Shown piece by piece: positions 1 through 6,705 of a stretch of 32,174 nucleotides of DNA. The stretch spans positions 1 through 32,174 of the forward strand of contig DATEBX010000013.1 of assembly GCA_035287145.1 (NCBI GenBank), written 5' to 3'. The position numbers were made by a program, and so were the translations under genes. This DNA comes from Patescibacteria group bacterium. Lineage in GTDB: Bacteria; Patescibacteriota; UBA1384. The notes beneath the pieces are model-generated. The model saw nothing but the letters and a program-made list of their open reading frames with translations. It searched no databases and was not told the DNA's origin. The stretch's first letter is position 1, and the number at the start of each line of letters is the position of its first letter.

Positions 1-593
1 GCTGGCAATATGGCCTTAAAGTTGCCACCATTCAATATCAAAATAAAATCACCGGCGAGAAGATTAAATTGGGTCAAAAATTGACCTTGCCGCCGGGTGA
101 TGTCAGCGCCACCGTCATCGCCAAAGCCAAGGCCAAAGAACAAGCCGCTCAAAACAAAAAGCTCCTGGCATCGGCAACAACCAGCTCGAGGAGGCTTACC
201 ACGCGAGAGAAGGCCAGCGGTTATACCGGTGACGAGTCGGGCGGTGGTTTTGTTAAACCTATGAATTACAACTACATTTCGCGCCGCCTACAAAGAGGAC
301 ACACCGGTACCGATATGATTGCTCCGGTCGGCACCACGGTGGTGGCGGCCAAGGGCGGCAAAGTAATAGAGGTCTCTTACGGATGGTCGGGCGGTTACGG
401 CATAATGATTTTAATCGACCACGGCGGCGGAGTTAAAACTCGCTACGCTCACCTTTCAAACGCTAAAGTTTCGGCTGGCGAAATAGTCGGGGCCGGTGAA
501 GTTATAGCCGCCTCCGGTAATACCGGCCGCTCGACGGGGGCTCATCTTCACTTTGAAGTTATAAGCGGCGGCCGCTACCAAGCCCCGTTCTGA
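1..593 (+). CDS. LysM-domain + M23-family (LytM-type) peptidoglycan endopeptidase; 5' end lies outside the window
   Basis: Frame 3 is open from base 3 (WQYGLKVATIQYQNKITGEKIKLGQKLTLP resembles the end of a LysM domain), so the listed TTG at 69 is internal. The C-terminal half has M23 motifs HTGTD ... GNTGRSTGAHLHFEV. Stop TGA at 591-593. Confidence 0.85.
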   Translation, partial: WQYGLKVATIQYQNKITGEKIKLGQKLTLPPGDVSATVIAKAKAKEQAAQNKKLLASATTSSRRLTTREKASGYTGDESGGGFVKPMNYNYISRRLQRGHTGTDMIAPVGTTVVAAKGGKVIEVSYGWSGGYGIMILIDHGGGVKTRYAHLSNAKVSAGEIVGAGEVIAASGNTGRSTGAHLHFEVISGGRYQAPF

Positions 594-600
594 CGTAACC

Positions 601-642
601 GTCATCCTGAGCGACCAAGTCATCGAGGAAGTCGAAGGATCT
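601..642 (+). repeat. Intergenic repeat D1 (gtcatcctgagcgacc...gtcgaaggatct)
   Basis: Near-duplicate of 8474-8518. Starts 7 nt after the upstream stop codon. Terminal 5-bp stem ATCCT/AGGAT. Confidence 0.8.
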
Positions 643-695
643 CAACTTTACCCTCCAACCTTGTCCAGAGGGGTTATTGATGTTAATCTTTAATT

Positions 696-1670
696 ATGAT
701 AGATATAGCTAAAATTGAAATTCAGGCGGGCAAAGGCGGAGACGGCTCGGCTAGCTTGCGCCGTGAAAAATATATTCCCAAAGGCGGTCCCGACGGCGGC
801 GACGGCGGCGACGGCGGCGACATCGTGTGTCTGGCGACTAGAGAAATAAATACTCTGACCGACTTTCATCGACTCACCAAGTATAAGGCGCCAGGTGGTG
901 AGGCGGGACAAAAGAAAAAAATGCACGGCGCGGGTGGCAAGGATTTAATTATCCGTGTTCCCGTTGGTACAATCATCAAAGACACAGAGGGACATACCAT
1001 CGCTGATTTAACGCGCGATGGTGAAAGGGTGATTTTAGCGCGTGGTGGGCGTGGTGGCAAGGGTAATGTTCATTTCGCGACAGCCACTCACCAAACGCCG
1101 CGCGAATTCGAGCCGGGTAAGCCAGGCGGAAAAGCCCTGCTTGACTTAGAGCTTAAACTGCTTGCAGATGTCGGTCTCATTGGTTTGCCCAACGCTGGCA
1201 AATCAACGCTTCTGGCCACATTGACATCCGCCAAGCCGAAAATCGCGGCGTATCCGTTTACAACCTTGGAGCCGATTTTGGGGGTAGCGCGCTATAAAAA
1301 AGTGATATATGTCGTGGCTGATATTCCGGGGCTTATCGAAGGCGCGGCGGGCGGGAAGGGCTTGGGCGATCAATTCCTGCGTCATGTCGAAAGAACAAAA
1401 GTTCTAGTCCATCTCGTGCGCGCCGATGCTGTGGAACCGGCCCAAGATTACCGTATCATTCGCCAAGAGCTCGAAATGTTTAAGTCCACTTTGACCAGAA
1501 AAAAAGAACTTCTTATTGTTAGCCAGGCGGATAGAGTCAATGCCGCTTCTCTCAAAAAAACCGTAAGCGCTCTTAAAAAACTGAATCCGACAGCCATAGT
1601 CCTATCTTCGGTAGCCCGACAAAATATCGACAAACTTCAAGACAATATCATCAAATATCTTAGCTCATGA
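696..1670 (+). CDS. obg: GTPase Obg/CgtA
   Basis: Obg fold N-terminus with a glycine-rich stretch (KGGDGSASLRREKYIPKGGPDGGDGGDGGDIV). G-domain motifs GLPNAGKST, DIPGLIEGA, SQAD. Confidence 0.95.
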   Translation: MIDIAKIEIQAGKGGDGSASLRREKYIPKGGPDGGDGGDGGDIVCLATREINTLTDFHRLTKYKAPGGEAGQKKKMHGAGGKDLIIRVPVGTIIKDTEGHTIADLTRDGERVILARGGRGGKGNVHFATATHQTPREFEPGKPGGKALLDLELKLLADVGLIGLPNAGKSTLLATLTSAKPKIAAYPFTTLEPILGVARYKKVIYVVADIPGLIEGAAGGKGLGDQFLRHVERTKVLVHLVRADAVEPAQDYRIIRQELEMFKSTLTRKKELLIVSQADRVNAASLKKTVSALKKLNPTAIVLSSVARQNIDKLQDNIIKYLSS

Positions 1671-1671
1671 G

Positions 1672-3213
1672 ATGGCAAGCTATTATTACAATGTCTGCCT
1701 TAACCGCCCCGCGGCGCGGCTCAAAAGCGCTTATACGTACTCCTACGAAACCAAGATAAGTATTGGTACGCTCGTACAAGTACTTTTTCACGGCCGCCGC
1801 GAAACAGGCGTTATTATTAGCTCGCCTCCGAAACCCACTATTGCGCCTAGCCGTGTTCTAGCTCTCCAAAAGGTTCTCTCACCCCAGCCGGCTATCGCGC
1901 CCCGGGCTATCCGGCTGGCAGAGTATCTGGCTTGCTATTATCTTGCAAGCATCGGCGAAGTGATTTTTGCCATGCTGCCGGGTTCTGCATTGGCTAATAA
2001 GATGCCGCTGGCACTGGATTATTTTTCCGCCTCCCGCCCAAGCCAACCAGTCGTCATAACGGGCAATTTCAACGAAAGAATGACGGCTTATTTGCCGGCG
2101 GTGAATGCCGCCCTCGCCCGGGGCGGACAGATTCTCCATATTGCGCCCAATCGACGTTTGAGTAAGTATGTTTACACTTACTGGCAAAATATATTTTCCG
2201 CGGCGGCCGTGGTTGATACAAGCTCCATAAAATCAAATCCGGAGCAGCTTAATGCTTATCGGCAGATTGCCGAAGGGAGAATCAATATTGTCGTTGGGAC
2301 GCGCAAAACCATCTTTTCTCCGCTCAAACACTTGGCTCTTATTATAGTTGAGGAGCCGTCCAATTTTGGTTACTATAACGACCAAAAACCGGCCTACAAT
2401 TTGCGGGTGGTGGCGGAGACCATCAATGAGCTTTATCGCACCCCCATTCATTTCGGAATGGGTGTTTTGGACGAGGAGTCACTGTGGCGGGTCAAACACG
2501 GACACTGTAAGCTAAGGCGCGGACGCGCGTCCACCCAGCCGGAGGCGGTTTGGATGGAAGGGGATTACCGCCAGGAAATTGACCGCAGGACACAGCGGGC
2601 AAAATTGGTAGTAGTGCCTTTTGCCAAGGGCAAGTTAATGCAAGGAAACTTTGCGCCTGAAAAAATAGCTCAAGAAATAAAATCTTTGCCGGTGCAAATT
2701 GTAGCGGGCGGCGCGACTCCGCCCGACCTCACTCGCGCCGGCCCGCTGGCTCTTGTCGCCAGCGCTAAAATCGTTGATTATCCCGAGCTGATTTTCGAAG
2801 AAACCGTTATCCTCGCCGCCGACATTTGGCTGTCATTTCCTACCCCTCACGCCATTGGCAATTTCCTGCGCCTTTATTGGCGGCTGCGCGCGCAAACTAA
2901 AACTCGATTTATTATCCATAGCCGTCGTCCGTTGCCTCTTGTCCAAAAACTTATCCACCAGCCACCCGCCAAAGTATTAGTCGCGCTTATGAAGCAAAAC
3001 CACCAGCTGGATTTGCCGCCTTTCACGCACCGCTTGGTGGTGGATGCCCGCAAGCCGGCCGAGCTGTCTAACTTTGCCGCTAAGGCCTTTGGCCGGAGCG
3101 TGAGCGCCGACGGCGCGCTTTACGTCCCCCGCCGCCTCTGGCCCCTTGGCGCCGCCGCCGCCGACCGCCTCTACTCCCTCAGCCGCAAAATCACCATCGA
3201 CGCCCCCCGCTAA
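1672..3213 (+). CDS. priA: Primosomal protein N' (PriA)-like protein with degenerate helicase motifs
   Basis: PriA-like N-terminus (YTYSY...IGTLVQVLFHGRRETGVII) and colinear core (IVVGTRKTIFSPLKHLALIIVEE). Where PriA has G(S/T)GKT it reads ITGNFNERM, where PriA has DEEH it reads VEEP, and where PriA has SATP it reads GMGVL. No Cys-rich zinc region. Aligned by eye from memory of E. coli PriA. Confidence 0.7.
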   Translation: MASYYYNVCLNRPAARLKSAYTYSYETKISIGTLVQVLFHGRRETGVIISSPPKPTIAPSRVLALQKVLSPQPAIAPRAIRLAEYLACYYLASIGEVIFAMLPGSALANKMPLALDYFSASRPSQPVVITGNFNERMTAYLPAVNAALARGGQILHIAPNRRLSKYVYTYWQNIFSAAAVVDTSSIKSNPEQLNAYRQIAEGRINIVVGTRKTIFSPLKHLALIIVEEPSNFGYYNDQKPAYNLRVVAETINELYRTPIHFGMGVLDEESLWRVKHGHCKLRRGRASTQPEAVWMEGDYRQEIDRRTQRAKLVVVPFAKGKLMQGNFAPEKIAQEIKSLPVQIVAGGATPPDLTRAGPLALVASAKIVDYPELIFEETVILAADIWLSFPTPHAIGNFLRLYWRLRAQTKTRFIIHSRRPLPLVQKLIHQPPAKVLVALMKQNHQLDLPPFTHRLVVDARKPAELSNFAAKAFGRSVSADGALYVPRRLWPLGAAAADRLYSLSRKITIDAPR

Positions 3214-3220
3214 GAAACCA

Positions 3221-3285
3221 GGGAACCAGGGGACGGCAGGGAACCAGGGGACGGTTCTCTTTTACCCTGTACTTTCGGCTTTTTT
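3221..3285 (+). repeat. R-family repeat, copy R1 (tandem 18-nt units + 38-nt core)
   Basis: gggaaccaggggacggca (3221-3238), then gggaaccaggggacgg (3239-3254), running into the core ggggacggttctcttttaccctgtactttcggcttttt (3247-3284). The core is identical to 4299-4336 and contains the last codons and stop of the RAYT gene. Confidence 0.9.
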
Positions 3286-3915
3286 AAGTAAATTACGATT
3301 GATTTTTTGTTGCTCATTGTATCTTTGTCCCTTGCTACCCCAAGTATTCTTATGGAAAGTATCTTCTATCATCTGGCTCACTATCAGTTTTCGGTATTGC
3401 ACCTGGCGTTCTTTCGGAGTTTTGCCCAACGCATCGTATAAAAAATCCGGCGTAACTAATTTATTATCCTTACCTTTTGCATAAAAGCGATAGCTTGAAT
3501 ATTTATAATCTTCGGGTTTTTCAACTATACCGCGTCTTGTTGGATTGAGTTCAATATATTTACCGCATTGAGTGAAATAGGCATCTTTGCCGACCGGCTG
3601 GCTTTTGTACCGGTCTTGCCAGAAATGTCCCACCCAGTTATATAGCTGTCTATAATGATGGAAATACGCCAAATTAAGTCTTTTCATAAATAAAGAGAAA
3701 TCATTGGCTTTTCTGGTTTGAACCAGTAAATGAGTATGATTTGGCATTAAGCAGTAATGATAAAGGTCAAAGGGGTGCTCCTGCTTGTATTTTGTAACTA
3801 ATTCAAGAAAGTAATAATAGTCTTCGTTGGCTCTAAATACAACATTACGATTGTTACCCCTGGTCATGATGTGGTAAAAGCTGCGAGATAATAATAAGCG
3901 TGGGGGTCTTGGCAT
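3262..3915 (-). CDS. REP-associated tyrosine transposase (RAYT) / IS200-like Y1 HUH transposase
   Basis: N-terminus MPRPPR...SFYHIMTRGNNRNVVF, HUH motif LMPNHTHLLV, C-terminal Tyr region PEDYKYSSYRFY. 217 aa. Flanked by inverted R repeats. Confidence 0.85.
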   Translation of the reverse strand: MPRPPRLLLSRSFYHIMTRGNNRNVVFRANEDYYYFLELVTKYKQEHPFDLYHYCLMPNHTHLLVQTRKANDFSLFMKRLNLAYFHHYRQLYNWVGHFWQDRYKSQPVGKDAYFTQCGKYIELNPTRRGIVEKPEDYKYSSYRFYAKGKDNKLVTPDFLYDALGKTPKERQVQYRKLIVSQMIEDTFHKNTWGSKGQRYNEQQKINRNLLKKAESTG

Positions 3916-3921
3916 GATTTT

Positions 3922-3930
3922 ATATTATCA
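3922..3930 (-). promoter_or_regulatory. Extended -10 (TGATAATAT on the minus strand) for the RAYT gene
   Basis: The minus strand reads ...acgacgTGaTAATATaaaatcATG. Only 6 nt lie between the -10 and the ATG, and there is no Shine-Dalgarno sequence. This implies a near-leaderless mRNA. Confidence 0.35.
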
Positions 3931-3940
3931 CGTCGTAACG

Positions 3941-4004
3941 AAAAAGCCGAATTATCAGGTAAAAAGAGAACCGTCCCCTCTGCCGCTCCGTCCCCTCTGC
4001 CGCT
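3941..4004 (-). repeat. R-family repeat, copy R2 (inverted relative to R1)
   Basis: The reverse complement of 3941-3978 is ggggacggttctctttttacctgataattcggcttttt. It adjoins a perfect 17-nt x2 tandem, ccgtcccctctgccgct, at 3971-3987 and 3988-4004. Confidence 0.9.
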
Positions 4005-4266
4005 CTGCCGATGGCGGCTTCGTCGACGTGCCGTACTTCTATTTCGACGATGGCAAGGTCAAGTTCTGCACCGGCTGGGTCGCCGACCCGAGCGAGTGCT
4101 ATGGTGCCGCCTCCGGTTTCCTCCGCAGTAAACATCGACTCTTGCGGCATTGAGTTCTTGAATCTTTTGAAAAATCGATTCTCGAGTTCCCTACCGCGGA
4201 GCGGTCGCGACAAATTGGGCTACCCGCTTCCTTACGACGGATAGCCCTTTCTTTTAAACAGAAGGA

Positions 4267-4336
4267 GGGACCGGAAGGGGGACAGGAGGGACCGGAAGGG
4301 GGACGGTTCTCTTTTACCCTGTACTTTCGGCTTTTT
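4267..4336 (+). repeat. R-family repeat, copy R3 (tandem 21-nt units + 38-nt core)
   Basis: gggaccggaagggggacagga (4267-4287), then gggaccggaagggggacgg (4288-4306). The core at 4299-4336 is identical to 3247-3284. Confidence 0.9.
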
Positions 4337-4431
4337 GATGTTTATTTTTTGAGGACAATCAAACTTTCACTAAGATAAGAAACGTAGGCCACGACATATC
4401 GTGCGAATTTTGGCAGAGGCGTGTTAGCTGC

Positions 4432-4474
4432 GAGATTGCTTCCTCCACGATTTTATCGGGGCTCGCAATGACAC
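4432..4474 (-). repeat. C-family repeat, copy C3 (reverse orientation)
   Basis: The reverse complement reads gtgtcattgcgagccccgataaaatcgtggaggaagcaatctc, the same architecture as 13107-13160 and 24297-24337. Confidence 0.8.
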
Positions 4475-4496
4475 ATTTTAGCTATTAGCGCGTGAT

Positions 4497-4531
4497 ATTC
4501 GAGTGTCATCTGGGATTGTTTTATTCGAGTG
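4497..4531 (+). promoter_or_regulatory. Two ATTCGAGTG boxes upstream of secG (candidate operator)
   Basis: Exact 9-mers at 4497-4505 and 4523-4531. The same 9-mer recurs twice upstream of mreB. Confidence 0.3.
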
Positions 4532-4568
4532 CATTAGCGTGATTAGGCGCGTTTTTGCGCGCCTTCGC

Positions 4569-4596
4569 TTGACATAATTTGAGTTCCTGATAGAGT
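4569..4596 (+). promoter_or_regulatory. sigma70-type promoter of secG (TTGACA-16-TAGAGT)
   Basis: TTGACA at 4569-4574 and TAGAGT at 4591-4596. The ATG at 4607 is 10 nt downstream with no Shine-Dalgarno sequence. Confidence 0.5.
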
Positions 4597-4606
4597 ATGG
4601 CACTGT

Positions 4607-4831
4607 ATGGGACAAATACTCCAAATCATCGAATTAGTGCTGGCCATTGTCATAATTTTGTCCGTGCTACTGCAACAGCGCGGCTCGGGCATGGGTGGTG
4701 TTTTCGGCAGTGAATTTTCCGCCTACCACTCCCGCCGCGGCTTTGAAAAATTCCTCTATTATTTAACGATTGTGAGCGGTGTTCTCTTCTGCGCGACGGC
4801 TCTAGTTAGCATCTACTTGGCCACGCGATAA
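4607..4831 (+). CDS. secG: Preprotein translocase subunit SecG
   Basis: 74 aa with two TM segments. The LLQQRGSGMGGVFG motif is typical of SecG. Confidence 0.85.
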   Translation: MGQILQIIELVLAIVIILSVLLQQRGSGMGGVFGSEFSAYHSRRGFEKFLYYLTIVSGVLFCATALVSIYLATR

Positions 4832-4834
4832 CTT

Positions 4835-6169
4835 ATGAAACCGTTTATTCGCCGGCTCCTGGCCGGCTTGCAGCAAATATGGCAAACGATACGGGGCTTT
4901 CGTCGCTATTTCTCCCGTGCCGAGAGGGGTGTGATACTCGGACTCCTGCTGATCGCGCTTGGCAGTATGGGTTTTTGGGTGAGGGACGCGCTGGTGCGCT
5001 CCGGCCGAGTGTCGGCCGGCAATATGGTTTACAGCGAGGGCTGGGTTATTAAGGACCCCAAGGTGACGCTTGATTTCGGCCGCCTGACGAGAGCAGGACT
5101 AACGCGCTTTGATGCCGCCGGCCAGGTGGTTGGCGATATGGCGGAAAGCTGGGAAGAAAGCGCTGATAGGCAGACATATACTTTTCACATCCGTCCGAGC
5201 ATTCAAGCCAGCCAGCTGATGGGCTATATTAGCCAGGATAAAAGTGTCTATGGCGGCGCCGAAGCCAGCGCGCCGGACGAGCAAACGCTAGTACTTCAGC
5301 TCAAACAGCCGCTTAATTATTTTTTAAATATTACCACCCACTCTGTTTACCCCTACGGCCCGTACCGGCTGGAACGGCAGACGGCCAATGCCGTAACTTT
5401 GGTCGCGGCGCGCGATTATCATCTTGGTCGGCCGAAAATTGGCCGAGTGGTGATTCGGCTTTACAAGAACCAAAACGAGCTCTCCAAGGCGGTGGCGAAA
5501 AAACAGGTTTTAGCGACCGCCGACCTCACCAGTGAAATACCCGATCTTAAAGTCCAACGCGTTGCCCTGCCGCGTTTCGTCAGTCTTTTCTTAAATATCG
5601 CCCGTCCGCCGTTTAGCGATAAAGAAACAAGACGCAAACTTGTTCAGGGCGAGAACCTAGCCGATAAACACCTGAAAATTACGCTGGCAAGCAATTCAGT
5701 GCCGGAAGTGGACCGCGAGCTACAAGGAGTGCTCGATAAGTTCAGCCAGCAGGGCGTTGAGGTTACCGTTACCAAACAAGATTCGCTCACCATAGTGCAG
5801 GATACCATTGCTCGCCGCGATTACGACGCCCTGCTTTTTGGCATTGACTATGGTTACGGTGAGGATTTGTACCCTTTTTGGCACTCTTCGCAAGCCACTT
5901 CAAGCGGCAGTAATTTCGTCGGTTTGCAAAATAAAACACTGGACAAAAAGCTGGAAGAGGCGCGTACTACCAATGATCAAGGGAAACGCAAGGAATTGGT
6001 GGACCAAATCAAAAACATTATCAAAGACGAGTTTGTCGAGATGCCTATTAGAGAGGAAATGTTGATTTACCAGTCATCCAACAATGTCGGCGGCAACGAG
6101 ATTGCCAAATTATTCGACCCGCTGGATCGCTTTTCCAACATCACCGCTTGGACCGTCACCGGCAAATAG
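4835..6169 (+). CDS. Membrane-anchored extracellular solute-binding protein, family 5 (Opp/Dpp-like)
   Basis: N-terminal TM anchor (GVILGLLLIALGSMGFWV). SBP_bac_5-like blocks (TYTFHIRPS, LVLQLKQPLNYFL, DALLFGIDYGYGEDLYPFWHSS). No cognate permease or ATPase is adjacent. Confidence 0.65.
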   Translation: MKPFIRRLLAGLQQIWQTIRGFRRYFSRAERGVILGLLLIALGSMGFWVRDALVRSGRVSAGNMVYSEGWVIKDPKVTLDFGRLTRAGLTRFDAAGQVVGDMAESWEESADRQTYTFHIRPSIQASQLMGYISQDKSVYGGAEASAPDEQTLVLQLKQPLNYFLNITTHSVYPYGPYRLERQTANAVTLVAARDYHLGRPKIGRVVIRLYKNQNELSKAVAKKQVLATADLTSEIPDLKVQRVALPRFVSLFLNIARPPFSDKETRRKLVQGENLADKHLKITLASNSVPEVDRELQGVLDKFSQQGVEVTVTKQDSLTIVQDTIARRDYDALLFGIDYGYGEDLYPFWHSSQATSSGSNFVGLQNKTLDKKLEEARTTNDQGKRKELVDQIKNIIKDEFVEMPIREEMLIYQSSNNVGGNEIAKLFDPLDRFSNITAWTVTGK

Positions 6170-6192
6170 CGCTGTACTCTCGAGCCGATTTA

Positions 6193-6201
6193 TGGTATAA
6201 A
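6193..6201 (+). promoter_or_regulatory. Extended -10 (TGgTATAAA) in front of tRNA-Leu
   Basis: TG at 6193-6194 and TATAAA at 6196-6201, 8 nt before the mature tRNA 5' end at 6210. Confidence 0.35.
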
Positions 6202-6209
6202 AGCAGTAT

Positions 6210-6296
6210 GCCGAAGTGGCGGAATTGGCAGACGCGCACGGTTCAGAGCCGTGTGAACGCAAGTTCGTGTGGGTTCAAGTCCCACCTTCGGCACCA
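6210..6296 (+). tRNA. tRNA-Leu (anticodon CAG), CCA encoded
   Basis: Cloverleaf by hand: acceptor gccgaag/cttcggc, anticodon stem cacgg/ccgtg with loop ttCAGag, long variable arm, T-arm gtggg-ttcaagt-cccac, then ACCA. Confidence 0.9.
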
Positions 6297-6354
6297 GTTG
6301 TCTCCTTGATGTGGATGTGATTCAGTAATCAAGATACAATATAAAGCGATATTA

Positions 6355-6441
6355 GCCCAGGTGGCGGAATCGGTATACGCGTATGCTTGAGGTGCATATG
6401 GCCGCAAGGCTGTGCGGGTTCAAGTCCCGCCCTGGGCACCA
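6355..6441 (+). tRNA. tRNA-Leu (anticodon GAG), CCA encoded
   Basis: Acceptor gcccagg/cctgggc, anticodon stem tatgc/gcata with loop ttGAGgt, long variable arm, T-arm gcggg-ttcaagt-cccgc, then ACCA. Confidence 0.9.
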
Positions 6442-6565
6442 AACTTCGCCTCCTTACGTCGGCTTCGCTTGGCAAGCCAATTGAATAAAAGCGAAGTTTG
6501 TCCCGCGCTGTGCCGCCCCGAAGCTTTAAGCGAAGGGCGGAAGCCCCATCGGGGCGAAGTGGGAC
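6441..6565 (+). other. Two adjacent multi-helix structures directly after tRNA-Leu(GAG)
   Basis: aaacttcgc (6441-6449) pairs with gcgaagttt (6491-6499), with an inner ggctt/aagcc helix. gtccc (6500-6504) pairs with gggac (6561-6565), enclosing ccgccc/gggcgg and gcccc-atc-ggggc. The last hairpin resembles the centre of the C-family repeats. Confidence 0.5.
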
Positions 6566-6629
6566 ATCTGCAAGAATATAACTTCGCGTGGCACGCTAAA
6601 TTGGAAGAAATAATTTATAAATCGATATA

Positions 6630-6655
6630 CAGAAATCACCTAAGATTTCTGTTTT
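6630..6655 (+). terminator. Intrinsic terminator after the tRNA-Leu pair
   Basis: 8-bp stem cagaaatc/gatttctg, loop acctaa, followed by TTTT. Confidence 0.7.
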
Positions 6656-6668
6656 AGTTATAGGGCGC

Positions 6669-6697
6669 TTGCGTTAGGTGAAAACTTGCATTACAAT
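6669..6697 (+). promoter_or_regulatory. sigma70-type promoter of the ABC-2 operon (TTGCGT-17-TACAAT)
   Basis: TTGCGT at 6669-6674, 17-nt spacer, TACAAT at 6692-6697. The ATG at 6706 is only 8 nt downstream with no Shine-Dalgarno sequence. Confidence 0.5.
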
Positions 6698-6705
6698 AAT
6701 TTACT

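Larger units (their letters stand above)
3221..4004 (-). mobile_element. REPtron-like unit: RAYT gene enclosed by inverted R repeats
   Basis: R1 (+) and R2 (-) are about 85% identical inverted copies that enclose only the Y1 transposase ORF. Their GGGGACGG ends face outward. Confidence 0.6.

Noticed and set aside
3146-3484. 112-aa plus-strand ORF with a 'GNQGTAGNQGT' collagen-like repeat
   Set aside because: The repeat is just the translation of the tandem R1 units. The rest is antisense to the RAYT gene.
3221-4336. Short tandem and dispersed R repeats considered as a CRISPR array
   Set aside because: There are only two units per locus, directly abutting with no spacers. The unit sequence differs between loci, and no cas genes are present.
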